A stretch of 45,822 nucleotides of DNA from Acidimicrobiia bacterium (GTDB lineage Bacteria; Actinomycetota; Acidimicrobiia; Spongiisociales; ZC4RG35), in the NCBI GenBank assembly GCA_037969415.1, contig JBBKXI010000166.1, forward strand, positions 1-45,822, read 5' to 3'. Within the stretch, counting starts at the first letter, position 1, and each line of letters begins with the position of its first letter. Below are positions 26,645 through 36,649 of this stretch, piece after piece. The notes below the pieces were generated by a model. The model ran no database searches and was not told the origin of the DNA. It was given only the letters and a program-made list of their open reading frames with translations. The translations under genes and the position numbers were made by a program.

Positions 26645-28075
26645 GTGCCCAACGAGGCTGCCCTAGAAACAGATTTCAGCCCCGGAGAGGCGTGTGGCGT
26701 CTTTGCCGTCTACGCGCCGGGACAGTCGGTCTCCTCACTGATCTACTTCGGCCTGTTCGCTCTCCAACATCGGGGCCAGGAAAGCGCCGGAATAGCCACC
26801 TCCGATGGTCAGACCGTGACCGTCTTCAAGGACCTCGGGCTCGTCGCCCAGGTTTTTGACCAGCAATCCCTCGCCGGCCTCGACGGACACCTCGGAATCG
26901 GCCACACCCGATACTCAACCACCGGCTCCAACAGCTGGGCAAACGCTCAGCCCGCCCACCGTCAAATTGGCAACACCAGCATTGCTCTTGGCCATAACGG
27001 GAATCTGACCAACACCGCCGAGCTAGCCATGTCATTGGGCATCGCCACGGCGACGACCGACTCAGACTTGATGGCCGAGAGCCTGGCCCGCTCCATCGAC
27101 GACGAACGCTCCGACGCCCGTGGCCTCGAACACGCCCTCATGAAAGTGGCACCGGGTTGGAAGGGTGCATTTTCGCTGGTAATCATGGATCAGGGGAGGG
27201 TTATCGGCCTGCGCGACCCCAACGGGTTTCGTCCGCTGTGTATCGGAAAACTGGCCGACGGTGGATGGGTAATTGCCTCGGAGACCGCTGCTCTCGACTT
27301 GGTCGGTGCTTCTTTTGTCCGCGAGGTCAAGGCGGGCGAAATGGTGACCATCGATGCCAGCGGAGTGCACAGCTGCTTTCCATTCGCCGAAGTCACCCCC
27401 GGCCTATGCCTTTTCGAATTCGTCTATTTTGCCCGTCCCGACTCCCAGATCTATGGGCGGAATATCCATTCAGCCCGTCATGAGATGGGACGACATCTGG
27501 CACGGGAGCATCCGATCGACGCCGACGTCATAGTCCCTGTCCCCGAATCGGGCATTCCCGCTGCCCAGGGCTATGCGGCGGAAAGCGGGATTCCCTACAC
27601 GGACGGGTTGGTCAAAAACCGCTATGTCGGCAGGACATTTATCGAACCGTCTCAAATGTTGCGCGACCAGGGAATCCGGTTGAAGCTGAACCCGATTCCG
27701 GAGAATCTTCGTGGCCGCAAGGTTGTACTTGTGGACGATTCGATCGTGCGGGGCTCAACCACCCGGAAATTGGTCCGGATGGTCCGCGAGGCCGGGGCTT
27801 CCGAAGTCCACCTGCGGGTTTCTTCTCCCCCGTATCGATGGCCCTGCTTCTACGGAATGGACACATCCGACCCCTCAACCCTCATTGCCGCGCGGATGGA
27901 GGTCGACGAGATCAGAGACCATCTCGATGCCGACTCCCTCGGGTATTTGTCGCTCGACGGGCTCCTGGAAGCAACCCATGTCGCTGAGGCGGGATTTTGC
28001 ACCGCGTGCCTTTCGGGTAGTTATCCAACTGATATCGAATCGGTGACCGACAAGTTCCATCTCGAACGGAAATGA
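26645..28075 (+). CDS. purF: Amidophosphoribosyltransferase PurF
   Basis: The GTG start is followed by a short propeptide and then the nucleophile CGVFAV. Other motifs are [12 protein letters not shown] and [13 protein letters not shown]-terminal Cys residues (PCFYG, CTAC) are present. Confidence 0.95.
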   Translation: MPNEAALETDFSPGEACGVFAVYAPGQSVSSLIYFGLFALQHRGQESAGIATSDGQTVTVFKDLGLVAQVFDQQSLAGLDGHLGIGHTRYSTTGSNSWANAQPAHRQIGNTSIALGHNGNLTNTAELAMSLGIATATTDSDLMAESLARSIDDERSDARGLEHALMKVAPGWKGAFSLVIMDQGRVIGLRDPNGFRPLCIGKLADGGWVIASETAALDLVGASFVREVKAGEMVTIDASGVHSCFPFAEVTPGLCLFEFVYFARPDSQIYGRNIHSARHEMGRHLAREHPIDADVIVPVPESGIPAAQGYAAESGIPYTDGLVKNRYVGRTFIEPSQMLRDQGIRLKLNPIPENLRGRKVVLVDDSIVRGSTTRKLVRMVREAGASEVHLRVSSPPYRWPCFYGMDTSDPSTLIAARMEVDEIRDHLDADSLGYLSLDGLLEATHVAEAGFCTACLSGSYPTDIESVTDKFHLERK

Positions 28076-29040
28076 ACCAAAGCTCCTATCGCGATGCGGG
28101 CGTCGATCTCAAAGGGGCCGAGCGACATGTATCCGCCATTGCTCCGATGGTCAGGGCGACCTGGAGCGATGCCGTGATTGGTGGATTTGGCGGTTTTGCC
28201 GCCGGGATCGAGATGCCCGACAGGTACCAGAACCCGGTGTTGATGATGTCGACCGACGGAGTTGGGACCAAGTTGGAGGTGGCGCGACGCTCCAACCTCT
28301 GGGACGGTGTCGGATACGACCTGGTGGCGATGTGTGTTGATGACCTGACAGCAGTGGGAGCAGAACCGCTGGGATTTGTCGACTACATGGCTGTGGGCAA
28401 ACTCAATCCGGAGCGGGATTCGTCGATCGTCGCCTCGATTGCTGCGGCCTGCACCGAGGCCGGATGTGCCCTACTCGGTGGTGAAACCGCCGAACACCCT
28501 GGGGTTATGGATGTGGATGGAGTTGATCTCGCCGGTGCCGTGATGGGGGTAGTCGAAAAAGGTGAGGAATTCGGGCCACACCGCGTCGAGGTCGGTGACG
28601 TTATTGTCGGGCTTCGATCACCCAATCTGCGGTCGAACGGATACTCATTGATTCGAGGCCTTTTCCCCGAACCAGATAATGACGAGTCACTTCTCGAAGC
28701 ATCTGTGATCTACAGCAAATCGATCCTCGCGATTGCACATCTCATCAAATCCGCCGCCCACATCACAGGTGGAGGTCTCCCCGGCAACCTACCCCGCGCC
28801 GTCCCCCCGACATTGGGAGTCCAATTGGAGCGTGACAGTTGGAATCCACCCGACATCTTCGCTGAGGTGGCATCGCGTGGCGTTTCCGAGGTTGAAATGT
28901 TCGCCACATTCAATATGGGTATCGGGTTTTGTGTCATCGTCCGCCCCTCAGATGTCGGGGAAACCGTGGCCGGCCTCAGCCAGCATCGGGCGAAGCCCAT
29001 CGGAATAGTGACCGAGGCGCCAGGGTTCCGCTTCGCATGA
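28072..29040 (+). CDS. purM: AIR synthetase PurM
   Basis: YRDAGVDL ... DGVGTKL ... GGETAEHPG ... HITGGG. It has an ATGA overlap with purF. Confidence 0.95.
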   Translation: MNQSSYRDAGVDLKGAERHVSAIAPMVRATWSDAVIGGFGGFAAGIEMPDRYQNPVLMMSTDGVGTKLEVARRSNLWDGVGYDLVAMCVDDLTAVGAEPLGFVDYMAVGKLNPERDSSIVASIAAACTEAGCALLGGETAEHPGVMDVDGVDLAGAVMGVVEKGEEFGPHRVEVGDVIVGLRSPNLRSNGYSLIRGLFPEPDNDESLLEASVIYSKSILAIAHLIKSAAHITGGGLPGNLPRAVPPTLGVQLERDSWNPPDIFAEVASRGVSEVEMFATFNMGIGFCVIVRPSDVGETVAGLSQHRAKPIGIVTEAPGFRFA

Positions 29041-29846
29041 TGTTCCGTAAAGCGACAGGGGTCGAGGCTGTCGAAAAGGGTCTGTGGAGGGCCAGCCTCG
29101 CTGAAAACTGGGACATTGTCGGCAACACCAACGGTGGATACATGCAGGCGATCTCCGCCCGGGCCTCGAGTATGTCTGTAGGTGGTCGGGACCCGGTATC
29201 CGTCACCGGACACTTCACCCGTCCCGGACACACCGGTCCGGTCACAGTCGAAACAGAGGTAGTCCGTCACGGGCGTCGATTCTCCGTTGTCCGAGCCCGG
29301 ATGACTCAAGACGATTCAATAATTCTCGAAACACTCGGGACCTACGACGATCCGGCTGCACAAAAGAGCGAAATCCTCCTCAGCGATGTTTCACCGCCGG
29401 ATATGCCTCCCCCAGATGTTTGTCTCCCAATTGTTCCGGCTACTGAGGAACCCTTTCCGCCCCCAATCTTCGGACAGCTAGACATCCGAGTTGATCCGGA
29501 GTTCGCTGCCGGATTCTTCTCTGGAGCCGTCCAATCGGCGCCGTTGGTCGAGGGGTGGTTTCATCTCAAAGACGACGAGGAACTCGATCCCTTCGCCCTG
29601 ATCCTCAGCTCCGACGCCTTCCCCCCGACAGCGTTCGCTGCCAATTTTCCGATCGGATGGACCCCGACCCTCGAACTCACCGTTCATATCCGAAATCCGC
29701 GGGCGAAGGGCTGGCTCCGATGCCAGTTCAAAAGCCATTTCATCACGGGTGGATACATCGAAGAGGACGGCCTCTTTTGGGATGAGGACGATCGCCTGGT
29801 AGCCCAATCACGACAATTGGCCTTGGTCTCTACGTCGGGCGGTTGA
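29037..29846 (+). CDS. TesB-like (double hotdog) acyl-CoA thioesterase family protein
   Basis: The start was set at the ATG at 29037, which overlaps the purM stop as ATGA (MMFRKATG...). NGGYMQAISARA is typical of the 4HBT_3 / acyl-CoA thioesterase II-like family. The product is 269 aa. Confidence 0.7.
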   Translation: MMFRKATGVEAVEKGLWRASLAENWDIVGNTNGGYMQAISARASSMSVGGRDPVSVTGHFTRPGHTGPVTVETEVVRHGRRFSVVRARMTQDDSIILETLGTYDDPAAQKSEILLSDVSPPDMPPPDVCLPIVPATEEPFPPPIFGQLDIRVDPEFAAGFFSGAVQSAPLVEGWFHLKDDEELDPFALILSSDAFPPTAFAANFPIGWTPTLELTVHIRNPRAKGWLRCQFKSHFITGGYIEEDGLFWDEDDRLVAQSRQLALVSTSGG

Positions 29847-29850
29847 TCAA

Positions 29851-31596
29851 TTGCCACCTTCAGACCCATTGGCCAGCACCGGGGCCATGGTGGGCTGGGT
29901 AGCGGAGCAAATCGCCGAGGGGCACGACGACTATATGAACCGGTTTGGTGCGATCAATCAACGGGCACCAGGTCGATTCGAGGGACGCGAGTGGGCGGAA
30001 ATGCAGTCCGACAGTGTGGAGCGGCTCTTGCTCTACCAAGCGACGGTGACCGCCGTTGTCTCTGATATCGCTAGACACCTTGGTGCAGGAAGCAACGATC
30101 CTGGCTTGTGGAAAGAGATCAAAACCGCATACTCAACCTTGATCGACTCCAATCCGAATCGGGAACTTGCCGAGACTTTCCACAATTCGATCACCAGAAG
30201 AATCTTCGAGACCGTGGGTGTCGACCCGGATATCGAGTTTGTCGATTCGGGCATTCATGTCGGGGCTTCTCTCGACGAGACCACCCGCCTCTTCTCAATA
30301 ACTGGCTCGGTCACCGACCTCATCTCTCGGGTTCTCATCCATTTCGCCCCCTCCGTTCCCTATGCCGACATCGAGAGGGACACGACCGAGCTCGGACGCC
30401 GGGTGACGGCAAGCGCTGGATCGTCAGAAGTCGAGGCAATCGAACTGGTCGACTCGGTGTTCTATCGAGGCCAGGCAGCATATCTGATTGGCCTCATCCA
30501 TTACTCAGGCGGTTTGGACGCTCCCCTGGCTGTTTCCCTCCGGAATAGGAGCAACGGCGTCGAGTGCGACGCTGTTCTGCTCAGTGAAAATGAAGTTTCG
30601 ATTCTCTTCAGTTTCACCAGGTCCTACTTTCACGTCGACACGCCAAACCCAGGTGCTCTCGTGACGTTTCTCCGCTCCCTCATGCCCCGGAAACGAGTCG
30701 CCGAGCTCTACATTTCGATCGGACAGAACAAGCATGGCAAAACGGAGCTATATCGAGACCTGCTCAGACACGTGAGGAGTTCCAACGAGAAGTTTGAGCA
30801 TGCTCCGGGGACCAAAGGTTTGGTCATGATCGTTTTTACGATGCCCGGCTACGACGACGTGTTCAAAATCATCAGAGACCGCTTCCCACCGCCCAAGCAA
30901 ACCACCCGAGCTGCGATCATGCGGAAGTATCGGATTGTCTTCCAACATGATCGGGCGGGGAGACTCATGGATGTCCAGGACTTCCAGCACCTCAAATTTG
31001 ACATTGACCGGTTTACGCCAGAGTTGCTCGAGGAACTGCTCGACGAGGCTGGCAATAGCGCCTCGATAGAAGGTGATTCAGTGGTTATCCGCCACGTTTA
31101 TGTGGAGCGGCGGATCACACCCCTCGACCTCTATATCAAGGTCGCCGATCCTTCGGCGCAGACGGCCGCCGTCCTCGACTACGGCCAGGCGATAAAGGAT
31201 CTGGCGTCGACGAATATCTTTCCTGGCGATCTGCTCATCAAGAATTTCGGCGTTACCCGCCACGGCAGAGTGGTCTTTTATGACTACGACGAACTCGCAC
31301 CGCTGACCGAGGTCAACTTCAAGGAGATCCCCCCGCCCCGGGACGACTACGACGCCATGTCCGACCAGCCGTGGTATCCGGTGGGTGACCGAGACGTATT
31401 TCCCGAAGAGCATGAGTCGTTTCTCGGGATGACCACAGAGTTGCGTTCGCTATTCACAGAGCGCCATGGAGATCTGTTCCAGGCGGAATCCTGGCAGGCC
31501 ATCCAGAGCCGGATCCGAAATGGAGAACTGATCGAGGTGTTCCCCTACAGCGAAGAAGCCCGGCTCCCCAACGCAGCCGGTTCGCGGGGTTGGTAA
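29851..31596 (+). CDS. aceK: Isocitrate dehydrogenase kinase/phosphatase AceK
   Basis: Long blocks nearly identical to E. coli AceK as I recall it: GTKGLVMIVFTMPGYDDVFKIIRDRF, HDRAGRLMDVQDF, VVIRHVYVERRITPL and NIFPGDLLIKNFGVTRHGRVVFYDYDE ... EVNFKEIPPP. The start is either a TTG at 29851, 4 nt after the thioesterase stop, or the ATG at 29887. Confidence 0.9.
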   Translation: MPPSDPLASTGAMVGWVAEQIAEGHDDYMNRFGAINQRAPGRFEGREWAEMQSDSVERLLLYQATVTAVVSDIARHLGAGSNDPGLWKEIKTAYSTLIDSNPNRELAETFHNSITRRIFETVGVDPDIEFVDSGIHVGASLDETTRLFSITGSVTDLISRVLIHFAPSVPYADIERDTTELGRRVTASAGSSEVEAIELVDSVFYRGQAAYLIGLIHYSGGLDAPLAVSLRNRSNGVECDAVLLSENEVSILFSFTRSYFHVDTPNPGALVTFLRSLMPRKRVAELYISIGQNKHGKTELYRDLLRHVRSSNEKFEHAPGTKGLVMIVFTMPGYDDVFKIIRDRFPPPKQTTRAAIMRKYRIVFQHDRAGRLMDVQDFQHLKFDIDRFTPELLEELLDEAGNSASIEGDSVVIRHVYVERRITPLDLYIKVADPSAQTAAVLDYGQAIKDLASTNIFPGDLLIKNFGVTRHGRVVFYDYDELAPLTEVNFKEIPPPRDDYDAMSDQPWYPVGDRDVFPEEHESFLGMTTELRSLFTERHGDLFQAESWQAIQSRIRNGELIEVFPYSEEARLPNAAGSRGW

Positions 31597-31634
31597 TCGC
31601 CCAAACCCGTGCACCGTGTATCTAAAGTTGCCCC

Positions 31635-32153
31635 ATGAGCGCAACGATGTCAGATGTAAAGTCGATCAAGTACGCGTACTTACTCGGTGGGGTAACCGCG
31701 ATTATCTTCGGGTTGATACTCCTTTTCCGTCAGGACGACGCCCTCTCCCTGTTGATGTTGATGTTGGGACTGTGGTGGCTGATTCAGGGGGCCTTCACCT
31801 TGTTCTCTCTCATGATCGACCGTGAGGACGTTGGGTGGAAGCTGGTCTTCGGGATTCTCGGGGTTACGGCGGGAGTCTTCGTTCTGTTCAATCCTGGCGA
31901 GGCAACAGACATCTTCAAGGGTGCCATCGGAGTCGTCCTCGGTGTCATCGGAACTCTCGTCGGTCTGACCGCACTATTCGGCGGTTTCAGGAGCAAGGAC
32001 TGGGGTGCGGTGGTCGTTGGACTTTTCAGCCTCCTGATCGGTCTTTTGATTCTCTTCAATGCAGCGTTCTCGACCTCGCTCCTGGTCACGCTTTTTGCCA
32101 TCCTGCTGATCCTCGAGGGCATCTCGGCAATCGTCGTAAGCATCAAGTACTAA
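31635..32153 (+). CDS. DUF308 / HdeD-family membrane protein
   Basis: The 172-aa product has six predicted TM helices in a repeated pattern (GGVTAIIFGLILLF ... LGLWWLIQGAF ... GILGVTAGVFVLF ...). Confidence 0.75.
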   Translation: MSATMSDVKSIKYAYLLGGVTAIIFGLILLFRQDDALSLLMLMLGLWWLIQGAFTLFSLMIDREDVGWKLVFGILGVTAGVFVLFNPGEATDIFKGAIGVVLGVIGTLVGLTALFGGFRSKDWGAVVVGLFSLLIGLLILFNAAFSTSLLVTLFAILLILEGISAIVVSIKY

Positions 32154-32224
32154 GCGATAGGCACGGCCGATTCGTTAGGATCGCGTCGTGCCCGTCGTAA
32201 CCCCGATTCATGACCGGCGCGGAC

Positions 32225-32248
32225 TCTACGCCGCGCCGTAGAACCTGC
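32225..32248 (+). terminator. GC-rich hairpin after the DUF308 gene
   Basis: CGGCGCGG-ACTCTACG-CCGCGCCG has a perfect 8-bp stem. The T-rich CATTTTCGTCTT follows about 13 nt later. Confidence 0.45.
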
Positions 32249-32289
32249 TCATTTTCGTCTTATTAGTTTGGATTTGAAAGGAGCATTAA

Positions 32290-33567
32290 ATGAACGATTT
32301 TGTTGACCGTCACAACGACGTGATCGCACCGGTGATCGCCTTCGACACCGACATACACGCCGATTCGGCCTCGGGTATTTGGATCACCGACGTTGATGGG
32401 AAGAAGTGGGCAGATTTTGCGTGCGGGACTGCAGTAACCAACCTGGGCCACAACCATCCCGCGGTGGTAGAGGCGGCCCACGCCCAGATAGACAAGTTGA
32501 TGCACTCTGGATGCATCGTCCGCTATGACCCGTTGGTAATTGCCGCCGAAAAACTTCGCGCCATTACTCCCCCCTCCATCGAGAAGTTTGCTTTCGCCAA
32601 TTCGGGCGCCGAGGCCGTTGAGGCTGCGGTCAAGCTGGCCAAGCATTCAACTGGCCGGCAGGGTGTGATCGCGTTCCGAGGCGCCTTTCACGGCCGGACG
32701 ATGGGCTCCGTGGCTTACACGACCTCCAACGCCAAATACCGTGACGGATACCACCCTGTGCTGGGATCGGTGTTTGTGTCTCCGTTTCCGCATCCCTATC
32801 GCTGGGGAATGAGCGAAGAAGCGGCGGTGGCCCACTCCCTCGAGGAACTCAGGCTCATGTTCAAGCATGTGGTTTCGCCAAAGAACATCGCGTGTTTCTT
32901 GGTGGAGCCAGTCCAAGGGGAAGGTGGCTATTACCCGGCGCCAAACTCGTTCTTGACTGCCTTGAGAGAACTCGCCGATGAGCATGGCATCGTCCTCGTA
33001 TATGACGAGGTGCAGACCGGATTCGGCCGGACGGCAGAGTGGTTCGCTGCTGATCATTACGACGCCAAGCCGGACATCATGGCTATGGGTAAGGGAATCG
33101 CCAACGGACTTCCCCTCTCGGCATACGGAGCTTCGAGAGAGCGTATCGATGGTTGGCCAGTCGGCTCACATGGGACCACCTTCGGAGGTAATCCTGTGGC
33201 CACTGCCGCTGCCATTGCCGTGATCGACACCATGGAGGGTCTGCTTCCGCATGCGCGTGATCTTTCCAAGCATGCTTTTGAGAGATACAACGAGCTGGCT
33301 GAACGACACTCGACAATCGGAGATGTTCGTGGGCTCGGCCTGATGATCGGCGTTGAGTTTGTCGCAGACCGGGACACCCGTACTCCTAATGCCGAGGCCT
33401 TCACACATGTGCAGAAGCACGCTTTTGATCGTGAGCTGATAATCATCGAGTGCGGACCGGACGCCAACGTCCTCAGATTCATTCCGCCGCTGGTCACGAC
33501 CAGAGAAGAGCTCGATTGGGCGATCGATCTCGTCGACGAGGGTCTCACCAGCTGGGAGTCCCAATAA
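32290..33567 (+). CDS. Class III (omega) aminotransferase, 4-aminobutyrate aminotransferase-like
   Basis: AAGGAG lies 7 nt upstream of the ATG. Motifs are FANSGAEAVEAAVKLA, DEVQTGFGRTAEWF and MAMGKGIANGLPLSA (PLP lysine). The product is 425 aa. Confidence 0.85.
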   Translation: MNDFVDRHNDVIAPVIAFDTDIHADSASGIWITDVDGKKWADFACGTAVTNLGHNHPAVVEAAHAQIDKLMHSGCIVRYDPLVIAAEKLRAITPPSIEKFAFANSGAEAVEAAVKLAKHSTGRQGVIAFRGAFHGRTMGSVAYTTSNAKYRDGYHPVLGSVFVSPFPHPYRWGMSEEAAVAHSLEELRLMFKHVVSPKNIACFLVEPVQGEGGYYPAPNSFLTALRELADEHGIVLVYDEVQTGFGRTAEWFAADHYDAKPDIMAMGKGIANGLPLSAYGASRERIDGWPVGSHGTTFGGNPVATAAAIAVIDTMEGLLPHARDLSKHAFERYNELAERHSTIGDVRGLGLMIGVEFVADRDTRTPNAEAFTHVQKHAFDRELIIIECGPDANVLRFIPPLVTTREELDWAIDLVDEGLTSWESQ

Positions 33568-33597
33568 GGAGATCGCGATAAGAAGTAACCCGGGCCG

Positions 33598-34452
33598 ATG
33601 AACAAGTTTGCGGTAGCCGCTGTCGGCCTCACAGTGACCCTAGGAATCGGCCTGGTTCTTCTCTTCGTTTTCTGGGGCGACGACACCCCGGGCGAGGCAG
33701 CTGACACCACGATCCACACCTCCTCGTCGACAACCTCACCCGGGCCTGCAACTACAAGTTCTTTGCCAGCCACAACGACGACCATGGAAACGACCACGAC
33801 GTCGGATGACACGACCACAACGACTCTCACCAGTACGACGTCGCCACCTACACCTTCGACGACAATTCCGGTGACCACCATTCCACGGCCACCATTCTCG
33901 ATTACGGTCTCGACTCCGACTGCGGCTCAGTTGTTCGCGTCATGGGAACCGGGATGCCCGGTCGATGTCGGCGACCTTCGAATTCTGACGATGAGCCATT
34001 GGGGATACGACGGGAAAGTCCGGAACGGAAAGCTGGTGGTGGCCGCTGTTCAGGTAGGAGCAGTTACCAAAGTGTTCCAAATCCTCTACGACGCCCAATT
34101 CCCCATCGAACGGATGGAATTGATCGAGGAATACGGTGGCGACGACAACGCAAGCATGGCTGCGAACAACACCAGCGCCTTCAATTGCCGTCTGGTTACC
34201 GGCGGAACGTCCTACTCAGAGCATTCCTACGGCCATGCCATCGATATCAACCCGCTGGTCAACCCATACGTCAAGGGTTCCACAATCCTCCCACCCGCGG
34301 GTGCCCCATACGCCGATCGCAGCAAAGACGCCACCGGCATGATCCACGCTGGCGATGAAGTGGTGATGGCGTTCAACGGCATCGGATGGGTCTGGGGAGG
34401 AACCTGGACGTCGCTCAAGGATTACCAGCATTTCTCAGCCACCGGCAAGTGA
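33598..34452 (+). CDS. M15-family (VanY / D-Ala-D-Ala carboxypeptidase-like) zinc peptidase with TM anchor and T/S/P-rich stalk
   Basis: An N-terminal TM helix is followed by a ~70-aa Thr/Ser/Pro stalk. The LAS-type metal site is SEHSYGHAIDINP and the terminal motif is WGGTW...DYQHF. Confidence 0.8.
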   Translation: MNKFAVAAVGLTVTLGIGLVLLFVFWGDDTPGEAADTTIHTSSSTTSPGPATTSSLPATTTTMETTTTSDDTTTTTLTSTTSPPTPSTTIPVTTIPRPPFSITVSTPTAAQLFASWEPGCPVDVGDLRILTMSHWGYDGKVRNGKLVVAAVQVGAVTKVFQILYDAQFPIERMELIEEYGGDDNASMAANNTSAFNCRLVTGGTSYSEHSYGHAIDINPLVNPYVKGSTILPPAGAPYADRSKDATGMIHAGDEVVMAFNGIGWVWGGTWTSLKDYQHFSATGK

Positions 34453-34552
34453 ACCCGACCTTTGCTTTTGTGAGAATCACCGCGTGGCCTGTCCCAGCGA
34501 CACGCAAACTGATCGGGGAACCGCGCAGACGGGTATTCGCGTCAAACCAAGC

Positions 34553-35386
34553 ATGAGGAAAACGGTTCGAACAATAGCTTTGGCTCTGGCAGCGACCCTG
34601 ACACTCGCAGCTTGTGGATCTGGAGAGGTCGTGGGGCCGCCGGAGGATTCTGTCGACGAGCCATTGATCCAGGTGTCATCCGAGGGCGGATTCGTTCCCG
34701 TTGAGTTCAATATCGCTCGGGGTCCAACCTTCACCGTGACCCGCGATAAACAGTTCATTTTCCCGGGTGTTACCACTCTCGAATACCCCGGTGCCCTGAT
34801 TCCGGCTGTCTTCGCCGGTGAGCTCACCGTCGAGCAATACGACCAGATCGTCAAGTTGGTCGAGGACATGGGGATCGAGGAAATGGACAACAAAGCAGAC
34901 AACTCAGTCACCAACGTCGCGGATGCGTCCACCGAGGTAATCAGGTACTGGGACCAAGAGGGAGTGCACACATACTCGGTGTATGCCCTGGGGATCTCCG
35001 ACCAACCGCAGTCAGACGAAACAGCTGCCTTTGCCGAACTTTTCGACTATCTCCACCAACTGAGCGGCACTGTCACCGGAACACCGTACGAGCCGAAGAA
35101 TTACCGAGTGGTGGCCAGTCCGAGTTATGCCGAGCAGGATCCCAACTTCGTCGACATCCGCCCCTGGCCATTCGAAGGTGACAATCCCAACGACTGGGAA
35201 ATCCTGACCACAGTTGGCGAACAAACGTGGACGTGCAAGGCATTCGATCCCGCAACAGTCAGCGCCCTTTCAGATGCCACCCAAGCAACACTCTGGATGG
35301 ATCCCTCCGAATCGGGAGACGCCCAGAACATCCAGATTCTGGTACGCCCACTCCATCCCGGAGAGGAAGACTGCGTCCTCGGATAG
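34553..35386 (+). CDS. Lipoprotein of unknown function
   Basis: Trimmed to the ATG at 34553 (MRKTVRTIALALAATLTLAACGSGE, lipobox LAAC). I recognise no family motif. Confidence 0.6.
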   Translation: MRKTVRTIALALAATLTLAACGSGEVVGPPEDSVDEPLIQVSSEGGFVPVEFNIARGPTFTVTRDKQFIFPGVTTLEYPGALIPAVFAGELTVEQYDQIVKLVEDMGIEEMDNKADNSVTNVADASTEVIRYWDQEGVHTYSVYALGISDQPQSDETAAFAELFDYLHQLSGTVTGTPYEPKNYRVVASPSYAEQDPNFVDIRPWPFEGDNPNDWEILTTVGEQTWTCKAFDPATVSALSDATQATLWMDPSESGDAQNIQILVRPLHPGEEDCVLG

Positions 35387-35404
35387 AGCTCAATCTCTTC
35401 GGTG

Positions 35405-35442
35405 TGTATCGATCTCGACTTCATAGGGACAAGATCGACACA
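35405..35442 (+). terminator. Hairpin between the lipoprotein gene and the Cys/Met PLP gene
   Basis: TGTATCGATCT (35405-35415) pairs with AGATCGACACA (35432-35442). Ten of 11 positions pair and the loop is 16 nt. It may be a terminator or a leader structure. Confidence 0.3.
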
Positions 35443-35466
35443 GAACGAAGGGTGTAACGTCGCCCG

Positions 35467-36600
35467 ATGAAACGAAGCATCGAAGCGGACGTCGTTCAGG
35501 GTGGGCATCGGATCGATCCGGATACCGGTGCTGTAGTCCCCCCAATCCACCCCTCAACTACTTATGCAAGAGATGAGAATTACAACCTCATCTCCGACTA
35601 CCTCTATACGAGGCACGGTGCTCCGAATCACCTTCCCGTTGAAGAACTTGCCGCCCGCCTCGATGGTGGAGTCGATGCCCGGGTATTTGCGTCCGGCCTC
35701 GCGGCGTTTACTGCTCTGATAGAGACCGTCCCCAACGGTGCGAGTGTTGTCGCGCCCCAGGTGATGTACCACGGTGGCCAATTGTGGCTGCGACGTCTCC
35801 ACGACCAGGGGCGGATCAGCTTGGCTTTGTTTGACCAGACCGAGCACGGAGCGATGGAATCTGCAATCGAAGAGAGCCGGCCCGACCTGGTCTGGATCGA
35901 GACGCCGGTCAACCCGACTTGGGATGTCATCGACATTCGGGCCGCCGTTGCTGCAAGCCGTTCGGCTGGAGCACAGCTGGCGGTAGACGCCACTGTGAGC
36001 CCACTGACTACCCGACCCATCGAATTAGGTGCTGATTTCACATTCCACTCCGCAACCAAGTTCTACAACGGCCACGCCGATCTTCTCGGCGGACTACTCA
36101 TCAGCGCAGCGGGCGGTGATCGTTGGGAGCAGGTGAAATGGATTCGGACCCACACCGGAGCCGTCATGGGCGCCTTCGAGGCCTGGCTGCTTCTAAGAGG
36201 GATGAAGACCATCTATCTGCGGGTTGACCGGGCTTCCGAGAACGCCATGACCATCGCGGAGCACTTTGAGAGGCACCCCGCTATCCAGTCCGTCCTCTAT
36301 CCAGGATTGGAGTCGCACCCCGGCCATCAGATCGCAGCGAAACAGATGGACCGTGGGTTCGGAGCGATGATGTCGCTTCGGGTCAACGGCGGCTTCGATG
36401 CAGCCCACAAAGTGGCAACATCGACCCGGACCTTTATCCCGGCCACATCGCTAGGAGGTGTGGAAAGTCTGATCGAGCACCGCACCGTCCTCGAACCTCC
36501 GGAGTCGGTTGTCCCCGACGACCTCCTCCGACTCTCGATAGGTATCGAGCCGGTAGGTGAACTGATCGCCGACCTGGAACAAGCGCTGGCGAAGCAGTAA
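35467..36600 (+). CDS. Cys/Met-metabolism PLP-dependent enzyme (cystathionine gamma-synthase / gamma-lyase / beta-lyase family)
   Basis: YTRHGAPN ... DATVSP ... HSATKFYNGHADLLGG (PLP lysine) ... SLGGVESLIEH. The product is 377 aa. Confidence 0.85.
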   Translation: MKRSIEADVVQGGHRIDPDTGAVVPPIHPSTTYARDENYNLISDYLYTRHGAPNHLPVEELAARLDGGVDARVFASGLAAFTALIETVPNGASVVAPQVMYHGGQLWLRRLHDQGRISLALFDQTEHGAMESAIEESRPDLVWIETPVNPTWDVIDIRAAVAASRSAGAQLAVDATVSPLTTRPIELGADFTFHSATKFYNGHADLLGGLLISAAGGDRWEQVKWIRTHTGAVMGAFEAWLLLRGMKTIYLRVDRASENAMTIAEHFERHPAIQSVLYPGLESHPGHQIAAKQMDRGFGAMMSLRVNGGFDAAHKVATSTRTFIPATSLGGVESLIEHRTVLEPPESVVPDDLLRLSIGIEPVGELIADLEQALAKQ

Positions 36601-36649
36601 AGACGAGTATCGGCGGGTCGGACCAACATCACCGGCTATGAACGAAGAC

